The translations under genes and the position numbers were made by a program. A DNA stretch of 64,000 nt from Tubulanus polymorphus (lineage: Eukaryota; Animalia; Nemertea): NCBI RefSeq assembly GCF_964204645.1, contig NC_134033.1, forward strand, positions 7,944,655 to 8,008,654, in the 5' to 3' direction. Shown here piece by piece: positions 1-11,690 of the stretch. Every line of letters begins with the position of its first letter. Positions within the stretch are counted from its first letter, which is position 1. Under the pieces are notes generated by a model. It worked only from the letters and a program-made list of their open reading frames with translations, did no database searches and had not been told where the DNA came from.

Positions 1-450
1 CTTTTCGAATTCGGAATAAGGCTTTTGATTTCTGTCTTTTTAAAGGGAAGGTAAAAAAAAAATGCCTGTCGCCTTTGTCTTCTCATCGCAAAAGGGCTGA
101 TTTTTGTGTGTGGCCTAACTATGTATAATTATCCAACCTAGCAGAACCTTGCTTGCCATCAGTGGAATCATGGATAACCGCAGTAGCGTTGGTAGCTGTC
201 CATTGCAAAATTCTTGCTGATGGCAAGTTCTATGATTGTGATGAGTTTAAAGCTTCATTACTGTGTTTGTTCACTAGAGGTTATTGAATGCCCGGTATTG
301 AAATTGACAGTTTGTCAAGGAAGTGGACATGGTGTCTGTGGATCCCTATCATGCGACTCAATTGACTAAAAGTTGAGTTTAAGTTACCCATACACCAAAC
401 AGTCTCATAACAGGATTCGTGGGACACTGACTACCTATTTCTGATTTCAG

Positions 451-541
451 GTGGCAGGTTTGGTTGGCAGAGCAGATCTTTTGTGCGCCGTCAGCTTTCT
501 GACTTCACTCATATTTTACATTAGATCATGTAAAACAACCG
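451..541 (+). CDS. TMTC4: TMTC4-like O-mannosyltransferase, coding exon 1 in window (internal exon)
   Basis: tttcag|GTG...ACCG|gtatg; translates VAGLVGRADLLCAVSFLTSLIFYIRSCKTT, matching the TMTC VAGxVGRADLL motif; ends phase 1. Confidence 0.92.
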
Positions 542-956
542 GTATGTTCATATCATTCACTGGCCGCTGCCCTTCATAAACTTTATTTTTCTTAGTATAA
601 TAGCCACGAGTACTTAAACATGGAGATCATCGTAAGATTGTCAAGTGCGATGATGATCTCTTTAGTTAGGGTTCGAGCTCTATTTTTGATTTTCAATTTT
701 CTGGCCTTGGTGGAGTTTTAATGGACCTAAGTGCTGTTACTCGCAGCATGAACTGTTTAGTTTCGACAAGTTGCGTCGATTTATCGCTTTTCTAGTTATC
801 AATAAATGCTCCCCATCTTATGTACTAATCACATCGCTTAGAGGGTGCGTATGTTTCAATGTGCAGAATTAAATAGTTCCAAATGTCACCTATTTTTTAC
901 TCTCCCTTGTGTAAGAAATATAGATTTGGGGCGTTACTTTTGAACGAAGAATGTTA

Positions 957-1409
957 AGCGAAGCATACACCAACAAAGCGACTGGAGACAACTAGTTGCT
1001 AGTGAGCGAGTACCCTGCTCACATCGAAAATCTAATGAAAACCAGCAACTGCGTGGCTAGGTCCATAGCACACACATCGACAGCAACTATGATGTGTAAT
1101 CTAGCAAATATTCTCAGGGCATCTCGAATCACGTGACAAATTGCTTTGCTTTAGTCAGTTACAACCATGTGTTTTTGATTATAGAGCGCTCACATCGACG
1201 GATTTGACAGTAATTGAGTACAACTAGTTGCTCAAAAGTAGAACATGGGCAACTGGTTGGAACTGTAGATAGATGGACGCTAACCGGTCATAAGCTAGCT
1301 CACATCGACGCGTTCGAGCAACTGATTGTATCCAGCCAGTTGCTCTCATGCGCCAAAAACTGCCTGGCAACTAGTTGTCTCCAATTGCAGTGTCGATGTA
1401 GACTAGGCT
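957..1409. mobile_element. PIF/Harbinger-like MITE
   Basis: TTA on both flanks; imperfect TIR containing TGGAGACAACTAGTTGC / GCAACTAGTTGTCTCCA; internal GCTCACATCGA repeats. Confidence 0.65.
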
Positions 1410-1533
1410 TTATACGCGCCGATTACATTCTCCAATCAATGTCCATACCATGTGTAGTTTATCATTGCGTTTTATATTTTGAGCCTCAGGACCCTTGTTC
1501 CTCTAGTTGAACAGTAAATCAATAATCTGATAA

Positions 1534-2275
1534 TTAGCCCACTTGGGACTTTAGTCCCAGCAGGCTATTGGGTTCACTTTTCGTCCGTCGTCCGTCCGTC
1601 CGTCCGTAGACGGAATCCAGTTATTTTGGGAAGTTTTGAAGACGCTTCAATGTAATGTCTTGATATTTGGGTTACACATGTATCTACCCTAGACACATCT
1701 TCAGCCCAAACACTGGCCATGTCAGATTCAAGATGGTCTACTGGCAGCCATAATTGTTTGCCAAAATCAGCACTTTTTACACGTTTTTGAAGGAAATTTT
1801 GAAGACGCTTTGATCAATTTTCTTGATCTTTCGTATATGATTTTGGTGAGTTTTAAGGACATGAGTTATTCTATATGGTCACCAGGGGGCGTTGAACAGT
1901 AGACTAACTTAGTATTTCCTTATCATATTGGTACTAGGCATATTTTGTTACCGTGATCAATTGCAAAGTTGTAGTTCATGACATTTTCTATGATTGTGGT
2001 GAGTTTCAAGGTTATTGGGTTTTGAATATGGTCACCAGGGGGTTTGAATAGTAGAATAACTAAGTATTTCCATATTAAATTCGTAACAAGGCATATTTTG
2101 TTATTACAATCAATTACAAAATCGTAGCTGCTGATATGTTCTATGATTGTGGTGAGTTTCAAGGTCGTTGGTTTTTGTATATGGTCACCAGGGGGCATAG
2201 AATATTGAAATTGTTAGATTATTGAGCATTTGAAACCACTTACCAAGTGGGCATGTTGTCCCCGGACCCCTAGTT
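1534..2275 (+). mobile_element. HINE/DINE-like Helentron-associated element, family A
   Basis: 5' subTIR GCCCACTTGG with stem-loop, (CCGT)n microsatellite, three 153-bp central repeats, 3' subTIR CCAAGTGGGC plus small hairpin, T-rich flanks without TSD. Confidence 0.8.
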
Positions 2276-2466
2276 TTTAATAATTTTATTTTCAAATTCG
2301 TGCAATTTTTGTCATATTTACCAGTCTCGTCGTACCAGGTACGGGATCAGAGGGTGACTTGGATCCTCCCCCTTATACATTTTTATCAAACTGAAACAGA
2401 AATTTGTTAAGTTAATGTCAGACATATAGCTGTAAAAATATAATTTTTGTGTGATTTTTGTTACAG

Positions 2467-2555
2467 TGATAACACGGTACGTGGTGTGTTTATCATTCAG
2501 TATGATAATGGCAGCTGTATCTGTGCTTTGTAAAGAGCAGGGAATTACTGTTATT
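2467..2555 (+). CDS. TMTC4: TMTC4-like exon 2 in window
   Basis: ttacag|TG...ATT|gtaag; (V)ITRYVVCLSFSMIMAAVSVLCKEQGITVI with the TMTC KEQGITV motif; phase 1 to 0. Confidence 0.92.
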
Positions 2556-2927
2556 GTAAGTTAGTAACAACTTAACATACCTAATCATTAGTGTTCTGTT
2601 ATAACTGTCGAAGTACTTGTATAAGTCATCATAGCTTGGACAATCATTAGGTTGATGACTTATCCAAATGTCAATCTAGATAAAGTACCGGTATACAAAT
2701 TTTGGACTCAATAAAGTAGGGATGATGACACATCAGTGAATGATAATAGAATATGCTGAATTGTAATACAATGATGACTTAACCATCTAGATTCAAACGA
2801 ACCCACACAACTGGATCCAGTGTCAAATGAAAAAATATCTAATGAAGACTTATCCAATCCACATTACTGTGGGATAGTGTGGAGCCCATGGCGAAAGAGC
2901 TTATTTCATTTCAATTACAATTTTTAG

Positions 2928-3065
2928 GGTGTCTGTGGTGGTTATGATTTACTGATGAATTGCAAGTTCGATGTGTTTTCATTGATTGCAATGATTCGCC
3001 GACCTTTCGACCGAAAAATAGAAAAGACTGTGATAGACACGAATAGGAATAAATCATGGCACAAG
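2928..3065 (+). CDS. TMTC4: TMTC4-like exon 3 in window
   Basis: tttttag|GGT...AAG|gtac; GVCGGYDLLMNCKFDVFSLIAMIRRPFDRK...SWHK continues GITVI-G..D; donor is weaker but keeps frame. Confidence 0.75.
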
Positions 3066-3503
3066 GTACAAATGAAAACATGTGGGACGAGTTAGTCATC
3101 CAGAATCTTGAAAGTAGGCGTACTCTTTCTTTTAGAAAATGAATTAAATTTTTCATACCATGACACGTTATTGCCTTTTGTCCTTCCCATATACCATGGC
3201 TTGAACATGATTGATAATATAAGAAGTTTATAGTACTCATTTAACTTAAACCTAAGGGTCCCCATCAGCAGCCACCCATTGTAATCACCCCTTCAATTCA
3301 CCGTTGTTATCTGAAGTTTTGGCCATCAGTTTTTGAATGTGTGCTGATGAAATATCTCATGATGGGTGCTTGTTTTTCATTAGAAATTAGAAATATCTCA
3401 GCGTGGAGGATCGAAAATTGGAAGAATGAGTGATAAAAACTGACTGAGTAAAAGCTGTTCCCATGCAGATGTTTAAAAGCATTGTAATTGTTTTTTTTTT
3501 CAG

Positions 3504-3671
3504 TCGATTTTGCCAGTTGTATATAATGAACGGGTCTCTTATCGTCTGCTGTTGTTGTTCCTGGTTACGAGCGGATTGTTGTTTTTTCGATGGCGTATTA
3601 TGGGTTCGCAAACACCGACGTTTCAAGTAGTCGATAATCCGCATTCTTTTGTAAATGATACTTTTTTTAGG
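3504..3671 (+). CDS. TMTC4: TMTC4-like exon 4 in window (start of DUF1736 region)
   Basis: polyT-cag acceptor, AGG|gtgag donor; ...FRWRIMGSQTPTFQVVDNPHSFVNDTFFR. Confidence 0.93.
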
Positions 3672-3798
3672 GTGAGTTATTCAAGCATCGTTTGATTTGG
3701 ATTATGGTCTAATCTGGACATAATTTTAAGTACTCATTTTTTGAACAAATGTTCTATTTCACATTCCATCATCTAGTGCATGATGGTGTACGACTAAA

Positions 3799-3966
3799 GG
3801 GTCCATCCATTGAGTACACACACGATAGGATCATAGGGGGAGAGGGGGAGAAAATGCATACAAATGCTTGCAGGGGAGGGCTCTCCATCTGCATACAGTA
3901 TGTACAAGGGTGGAGGAGGGGTTTAAGATCAACCGACTTTCGCATGCGTACTAAATAGATGGTCCC
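3799..3966. mobile_element. Short PIF/Harbinger-like MITE (related element at ~45768-45913)
   Basis: GGGTCCATCCATT...AATAGATGGTCCC imperfect TIR with TAA-type flanks. Confidence 0.5.
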
Positions 3967-4205
3967 TAACAATGATGGCATTTTTCTTCTGGAATTCCTT
4001 CTGGAAATGGTGGCATTTTAATCTCTGGCATAATTGCCCACATTTGCTGGCTATGAAAATTTTGAAATTTATCAGACACACTGAACTAAGAATAGATTGG
4101 AAGAAAGTTACGATGCTCCAAATAATACATAATACATGTTCTAATCCAGATGATTCTCATCTGACCAAGCAGGTTTTACTGTTATATGTTCAAATCTACT
4201 TGCAG

Positions 4206-4408
4206 GTTTTGAACTATAATTATTTATACGCCTTAAATGCTTGGTTATTGTTATGTCCATCTTGGTTATGTTTTGATTGGTCAATGGGTTGTGTACCAGT
4301 GATTGAATCACTTGCTGATGCTCGTCTGCTGGCTGTTACTGTGTTTTGGCTCATCGCGGGTCTTGTGGTTTATGTTTGTTTGTTCAAGCCTCCCACAAAA
4401 TATTCAAG
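4206..4408 (+). CDS. TMTC4: TMTC4-like exon 5 in window (DUF1736)
   Basis: tgcag|GTT...AG|gtaaag; VLNYNYLYALNAWLLLCPSWLCFDWSMGCVPVIESLAD, characteristic TMTC4 LCFDWSMGC motif; ends phase 2. Confidence 0.95.
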
Positions 4409-4574
4409 GTAAAGGTACCATATTCATGGTAGACAAATTGTTATGAAATTAATCTTAATTTCGTTGATTGCAGGTGAATATAGGCCTAGTCCGCATCCCA
4501 CTTGATAAAATATAAGAATTTTGATTTGTTTGCAGAAATCTCAGAAAATTTACAAAAAAACAAATGTTTATTTA

Positions 4575-5152
4575 GGCCAAACAAAGAAATAGCCTAGTTT
4601 CTCAAGAAAGTCAAATGCCGCACGCATCATGAAAAAAGTCCCTAATAATGATTAAAAAGACAAATGCGCTCGCCTGCATCGGCAAAGCATCAATCGTCTT
4701 TCCTTTAATGAAAATTAAAACCTGCTTGCCCGCATAGCTGTATAGTGTAAGATAGTGGCGTTTGTATGCTCATCCTCGACGTACTGTAATCAACATTTAC
4801 GGTGACAACAACAGCGTAAGGTTTGTTTCCTTTTATTTCATTTCGAGGAAGCGTAAAAAAAGCGAATGATTGTCTCAATTTCGATTAAATGAGTCGATAT
4901 AGTTAGATTTTATAAGTTTTGGGAGCTACTTAATTCTAAATAGGGTTTTTTGCATATGTTTTACCTGCATTACTGGTATTTGTTTGGCATTAGTAGAAAA
5001 AACTTCCCTCCCGCATCTGTTCTATAAGTCTCAGATTGAGCTTTTTATTTCAACTTTTTTATTTCAAAAAGCAATAAAAATAAAATTCACCCGCCCTCGT
5101 CACTTTTCAGAAAAAAATCTGATGAGAAACTAGGGTATTTCATTATGTGGCC
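4575..5152. mobile_element. GGCC-ended MITE (PIF/Harbinger or ISL2EU-like)
   Basis: TTA TSD; GGCCA...CCTAGTTTCTCA / TGAGAAACTAGG...TGGCC imperfect TIR. Confidence 0.7.
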
Positions 5153-5656
5153 TTAGGTTGGATAATGATTACCAGACCCTCCAACCCTTCCGATTTATGC
5201 GAACCGTATCAATATCCGTATTCCCATTGCCAAGGTATATATATATACGGATTAATTCCGGAAATTTATTAAGTGATGATGGGCAAGTGATACTGGACGT
5301 TTTTATTCGTATCCCTGCAGATGTCAATTGTTCATCTGAAATATTTACTGTGTTACCACTTAAACCAGAAGTGTGAATTCCGTGCGGATCCGCGGGCGGT
5401 ATTTTCCAAATAGTCCAAAAATGATGTAAAAATATAGGGGGTGATGTTGATCTCACTCAACTGGTCCGGCGCGATTGGTAATCGGGTGAACCGCAAAAGC
5501 GTTCAGCACCTGTTTTACTTATCGTCGCGTATCGCATTTCAATGCATATCCATTGCAACACTGATTTTGTATCTACTAAGATGTGTACGTATTTAAACGA
5601 TCGGTTGCGGACAGACACGCGCGCGGCAACAGCAGTATTGTATATAGGCCTACTTA

Positions 5657-6259
5657 CCGTAAAAACCGGCATATAAGTCTACGCGGCGTATAAGTCGAGG
5701 TCGATTTTTAGACCTACATTTCATGATTTTAACATATATCCGGCTTATAAGTCGAGTCCCTTCTATTAGAAGAATAATTACTAGTATCATTGTATTGAAT
5801 AGTTTGTTTTGATAATGATGTGTGCCTTCACCATGCCACCGGCGTCAGCCTGATTGCTGCTGTGTGTTAATCAATAGACTGCTAAACACACACTTGGGTA
5901 TAATACACTACCATACAGTGATAGAGTAGTGTGAGTCACACTCTATATATAGCCTATATATAGCCTAATGTATTAAGCGCTGCTATGAGCGCGCATATAT
6001 GAATACATCGTTTTAAATGAAGCTGTGTCAAAATGAAAGAAGTTTTTTTTCATTAAATAGCTTTATTTATCATGAATAATTATTGAAACTGTTATAGCAG
6101 TGAGAAAATGAACACTGTCTTTTTCATCTGGTAGAATCAATATTTCTTGTGACCTGAAAATACTTAGTAGAAAACTGTACTCGGCGTATAAGTCGAGGTC
6201 AATAATTTAGTGGTAAAATCAAGGGTTAAAAACTCCGACTTATACGCCGGTTTTTACGG
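5657..6259. mobile_element. Tc2/pogo-like MITE
   Basis: TIR CCGTAAAAACCGGCRTATAAGTC (22/23); TA TSD; internal TATAAGTCGAG repeats. Confidence 0.88.
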
Positions 6260-6498
6260 TACTATTGCCGTGCGCGTACGCGCCTTCAGATATTATACAC
6301 TGAGATGATTTTTAGTGAGCATTCATCGGCGCATTATAACTGCAGTAATTCAGGGCTTGACCCGTAATGCATGAGATGCTGTATGTCATCGAATGAGGAT
6401 GTGCCACATTGGAACTAGCCATTACCTTCCAAAATATTATAGTCGTTCATGGGTTCAAGATTGCTCTAAGTGCTTGGAAAAGGCTTTTAATTTCTAAA

Positions 6499-6900
6499 AT
6501 TTTCCTTCCACTCCTCTGATCGACAAGATCCTGGATCAAGTAGAATCAGCTGAAAACTGCGAATTGGTTCTCGTGGCGCCATATTGGGCATTGCAGACAT
6601 AGTTTCTGCGGTTGAGGCTTTTGTGCGATTACCCAAGGACTCTGCCGAACTTTCCGTCTCTGTCCACGCAGGGGGTGTTTGGGAGGCACCTGAACCCAGA
6701 GTGGTTGGAACTTCACGCTTGGGTGTTATTGAGCGATGCCTGCAAGGACCTTGTGGAGGATTTTTAAAGCAGGCTGCCTCTCTCATTGCTGCTTCACGAT
6801 GGAAAACGACCAATAAAGTATACAACGCCAATTTATGCTGGTTGGTGTTGTGAGCAGCATATCAATCCTTGCGCTCATTCTGTAGGTGAATTCACAGAAT
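6499..6900 (+). mobile_element. DIRS retrotransposon fragment (methyltransferase-like domain end and tyrosine recombinase start)
   Basis: Frame FPSTPLIDKILDQV...LVLVAPYW...PRTLP...ELHAWVL, then GFLKQAASLIAASRWKTTNKVY; in-frame stop present. Confidence 0.7.
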
Positions 6901-7402
6901 TAACCCATTAGCAATCAAGCCACCCGTATCCGCCCTGCCTATTACTCCTCAAGCCGCCCAAATCCGCCCCGGCACTTTTTTCGTATGCTGCACAAAAACG
7001 GTTATAGTGGGATTCGAACCCAACAGCTTATGATAAACTAGACACCTAAGTCCTCGAAATACCGAACCGAAATCAAAATCCTCCTGTTTCAATTTCTCGA
7101 GTATTTCGAGTTTGAACATGACACATCTGAGCGCTAACTTCAAATCCAAGTAAGTTTGGATTGATTTTGTCGGGGGGCCCGCTTCATCAAATCTTACATC
7201 ATATGAAAGCCTTGACTATTTACTACAAAATAACACTAACTTGTAATGCATGGAAATAAACAGCAAATGAGCTATTTGGTATTGTGATGAACTTGGATTT
7301 TACCTCGAATCTCGTGTGGAGTAATCGACACTACATAGTAAAATTCCTGAGTGCTAATGGATTAACTCTGACATCTGACATAGGGCCTACTTATATTTTC
7401 AG

Positions 7403-7580
7403 ATTGTTAACACTTTCACTCGCGTGCCTTGTAATACCGTTTTTACCAGCTAGTAATATCTTTTTCCGAGTTGGTTTTGTCATCGCTGAACGCAACCTGT
7501 TTTTACCGAGTATCGGCTACTGCATGCTGGTTACAATTGGTTACAATGCATTGTTATCAAACCTACCAAAATTTCGCCAG
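7403..7580 (+). CDS. TMTC4: TMTC4-like exon 6 in window
   Basis: tttcag|A...CAG|gtaag; LLTLSLACLVIPFLPASNIFFRVGFVIAERNLFLPSIGYC (TMTC PFLPASN..VGFVxAER motif). Confidence 0.95.
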
Positions 7581-7590
7581 GTAAGATGTA

Positions 7591-7709
7591 ATAACACGGT
7601 ACGTGGTGTGTTTATCATTCAGTATGATAATGGCAGCTGTATCTGTGCTTTGTAAAGAGCAGGGAATTACTTTATTGTAAGTTACAAACAACTTAACATA
7701 CCTAATCAT
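7591..7709 (+). pseudogene. Duplicated copy of TMTC4 exon 2 plus its donor and intron start (continues at 8564-8593)
   Basis: Matches 2469-2619; exon part identical except a 1-nt deletion; acceptor AG absent. Confidence 0.9.
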
Positions 7710-8558
7710 TGTTGATGTGGAGGCCATAGTGTCCAATGATGGAAATAATTTGTGGGGCTAAAACTCGAGAGACAAACGCTGTTGTTCTTTGCTATACTCT
7801 AATTATAACTAAACTTTATTCATCAGTTTCTCATCATCATGGGATAACACAGGATCTTGAGTCATGCAATTCCACGTAAGGTAACCACAAGAATGTCCAA
7901 TACAGTTACCGTATTTTCCGGCCAATAAGCCGACTCGGCCAATAAGCCGAGTGCAGTTTTTTAGCCTAAAATACATGGATTTCATAAAGCTTCGCCCAAT
8001 AAGCCGAGGCCCTTCATCAGAGATTTTAATTCACTGATTTGTCAATTAGTTCGTCTTAATTGATGATTTAAGAGGCTGACAGTAGCGCCCGCCGATGTGT
8101 GAGAGTGCTGTGTATACTATCATCGCCTAGTGACTGTGCTATATATAGACTCACTCAGCTGATTACTATACGCAGCCATGCAAGCAGTACGCGGCTCACT
8201 GCTGATTTGCATATATACTAATGTATGAACTGACACGTGGTAGTACGATGAACTCGCGCGTTATATAAATGTATACCATTACCGCTGTGCGGTGATGGAA
8301 CAATCAAAGTAAAAATAAAATAGTTCAAAATAGATTATAATTGGTAGTAAATAATTACCTCAATTAAATATCGACCACTTTTCTTGATTTTGACGATCAT
8401 TGAGAGCATTAGAGTGGCATAGATCGGGAAGTGATTTTTTATGTCAGATCGTATCCGCCCAATAAGCCGATCACGATATTTTGGGTAAAAATCTGAGGCT
8501 AGAAAATCGGCTTATTGGCCGGAAAATACGGTACAGCACATCATGTTTATAGTCAACA
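7710..8558. mobile_element. Putative solo LTR (~224 bp without the nested MITE)
   Basis: TGTTGA...TCAACA termini; 5-bp TSD ATCAT (7705-7709, 8559-8563); empty site visible at 2584-2590. Confidence 0.7.
7909..8531. mobile_element. Tc2/pogo-like (Tc1-mariner superfamily) MITE
   Basis: Perfect 25-bp TIR CCGTATTTTCCGGCCAATAAGCCGA; TA TSD. Confidence 0.9.
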
Positions 8559-8811
8559 ATCATTAGTGTTCTGTTATTACTGTCGAAGTACTTTTAAGAC
8601 TTAATTTCATACACATTTGCACCTTGAGTGACGTAGTCGCCTAAGCTTCTTATATCACTTGAACATCGTGTCCCTAAAATCAATAGAAAAGAAGCAGGGT
8701 TTGTAGCGGGTGTGTCAAGTCGGTATTTACTTGTATGTTTAGAAAAAAAAATCATAGCCAGTATTTGTCTTGATTTTTATGAAAAATACAAAAAGTCAGT
8801 ATTTATTTGTA

Positions 8812-11690
8812 TTTTTACCTTCATGACGTAGTCATGAAGGTTACAAGATGGTAGCGAGTCGATGACGTCATTTTCGTGTCGTCACTTATAACTTGTTGGT
8901 GGGAGTTCAGAGGAAGATTTGTCAAACGAATAAATACTTTAATCTTATTAATGCAGAGTGTGAGATTTCGCTTTTTTAAAATATTTCCCTAAATTATTAG
9001 AAAATGCTGATAGTAAGACCGAATCATGGCGGCAGAGTGCACCTTGTGATAAGGCGGAAATAGTTCCATTTGAAGGCAAAGCTTTTAAATGATTAGACAG
9101 TCGGAGGTGGTTTATTAACTTTTTGGTTTACCTTTGTCAGCAGTATGAGGTTGGCATTGAGCCAATTCATGTAAAATCGCGGTATGTTTTTTTATGTGAG
9201 CATTTGTTTCATTGGTTCTCGGGTTAACAACATTTAATCGATGTGATTGAAGACATGACGAACCTCCATCGATGACATGGTCAACTTTGTTTAAATTCGA
9301 CGAAAAACTGTTTTTGGCGGGAAAATTCTTAGCTCTTACGTGTAAAATTGCAATGACCTCGATTGGGGGGCGTCGTCTCTGCGAGCGAATGTGATTGGCT
9401 GTTTTTGGGATATACGGGGAATTACGGCGCTACTAAAATAATTATGGGAAAGCCATTAATGGCGAACGTTTCATTGGACTAGGTGCCGTACATGTGCGAA
9501 TTTTGAATGCTCATTGCCGGTGAGAATATAATTATTTCACATATCGCCATAGGTATTGTTTCATTTTAATACCCAGTGATTGTGTTGATTGAGATTGAAG
9601 TGAAGCGAACGTTCACTACACAAGGCCTCCACGCGCGGGAGTGCTAACATTAAACTGTTGCACACACAAACACACGCTCATACAGACTACTATATGGTGA
9701 TGCTGTAACGCTGCTTGGTGCGTGCACATTTTATATGATAACAGGCTAAATAATCGCCGTAGCAGAGGATGAGCGCTGTGTTTTCTGTTTGATAGAATTT
9801 GTAATAAATTGTAATTTCTTGTGACCTGAAAATACTAAGCAGCAAACTATAGGTATAGGTCGAGGTCTGAATATTGTAGTGGTAAATTCCAGGATTTAAG
9901 ACGATCTAATACTGCGCCCCAGTTTTAGCTTCCGCGGCCATACGTTGGAAGAGGTTTCATTTCCAACACTCAATATTCAGCTACCCTCTGATATGTGGCA
10001 TCATATGAATTTTATTTGAATACTTTTTCATATTGTGAAAAATATTTTTTAAAATATTAAATAGCTTCCTACGTTTACCCTTCGAAATTTTGAACGTAAA
10101 CAAATGTTTATCTTTGGTCTTATTTGACTACAAAATAATTCTTTAAGAAAGGTAAAATACAATATAGACTTCTAGAACTTTGAAGTCACAAATTAAATAG
10201 ATTTTTCAAGCAATGCCCTTACTCCAAACAACCTCTAGCTTTCAAGGTTTACCACACTTTGCCCATGGGCAATTTATTTCAATTATAGTGCTGCTATTTT
10301 CCCAATCAAATTGCTAGATTTCGATCGTTCCTCATAAGTCAACACTTGTAATTCAAGTGTGATTTTGATGTGTGTAGAGATACATCGTGACTAGCGTATT
10401 GAATTGCGGCGCCATGTTTAAGCTGCGCGTCGATCGTTGAATAGTGGAATTATACGGTTGAATTATCTTGATTGCATCCATACTAAGTTTATTAAAGGTT
10501 AGTGTCAACAAATGGTCCATTACAGTCCCTCTAATCCATGTGGAGAGACGCTCTTAACCGGCAAAACCGTGGTCTGTTGCGTGTTATCGTTGGCCTGCGT
10601 GACTGACCTTGCTTGAGTGTTCGCTGCCGGCGTGCCGCTTCAAAGTTATGAATAAAGTATTATATAACTGATTGTTAATGACATACAACAAATTAACCTT
10701 TAAAGAAAGGTACCTAGTGTCTGACATTCTACTGAAAAATTCCGGATTGATTTACTGCGTAGTTTTTTCATAGCATTTTAGCATAATGAATCAATTAAGA
10801 TGATTGACCGACGCGGGTGCGGTTGTATCAGCTGTTGAAGAGGTTCGATGTAAACAATAGTTTTAACCACGTGTGCGATGAAAACAGGGAGCACTAACTA
10901 AGAAGCACTGAATTTTTTTATTACATGTGATTTGAATAGGCATCTGTGCTTGTTTTTCAAAAAGTCGAATCTTAATTGACTCCTATTGTATTGGCCTAAT
11001 CCAAGCCCTCCAGAGTTGAATTGAATTCGACACAGTAATTCGCCTGTAATTTGCGATGAATCTTTTTGAAAATAAGCTTGAAGATTGGGTCTGGCGAGAT
11101 GTCCACCCCTATTGTGAAAAAATGCCATTGGTGATCAAATATGGCAGTCATTGGGGTGGCCATCTTGAATTTCTTGTTTGCACGATGCAGCCTGCAATTC
11201 TTGATGGATTATCACAAAATTTGGTGTGAGGATCAGGTAAGCTGTCCATGCCTTTAGTATTTGGAGGTCATCGGCTTTCAAATATGGCAGCCATCTTGAA
11301 TTTCTAGCACGAAACGGCCTGCAATTCTTGATGCATTTTCATGATAATAGGTGTAAGAATTTAGGTAGGTGAAATGTCTACCCCTTATTGAAAATTGAGT
11401 TCAAGTATAGCCACCAGGATTGCCATCCATCTTGGATTTCTTTTCAGCACGATGCCTACACCAATTCTTGATGCATTTTTTCATGTAGTGTGATCTTTGG
11501 GGCAGCTGAAATGGGCTTGTCTTTTCATGTAAGGATATATTAACAGAAAATGAACATTATCGCCACATAGCCTATACTATCTTAACTATTTTAGAACTTG
11601 TTACATCGTTACGATGTCAATCTTTCTGTAAAACTTTGAATACTGAATCTTCTACTGCGTCATGAAGGTATAAGGCCCGTGGGCCACTTG
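8812..11690 (+). mobile_element. HINE-like element, family C
   Basis: subTIRs TACCTTCATGACG / CGTCATGAAGGTA, 5' stem-loop, 3' hairpin GGCCCGTGGGCC; homologous copy at 43027-47321. Confidence 0.75.
9120..10275 (+). mobile_element. HINE-like element, family E (nested in family C)
   Basis: 5' GGTTTACCTT, 3' AAGGT(T/A)(T/A)ACC plus hairpin TTGCCCATGGGCAA; the empty site in the family C copy (~43325-43345) is a T-run without TSD. Confidence 0.75.

Noticed and set aside
6905-7060. tRNA gene on minus strand (GTTCGAATCCC)
   Set aside because: B-box only; no cloverleaf or A-box recognised; at most a SINE remnant
7284-7655. ORF-track boundaries taken as TMTC4 exons (also 3972, 17899, 30140, 35015)
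   Set aside because: These ORFs extend into introns; true limits were set by splice sites and phase
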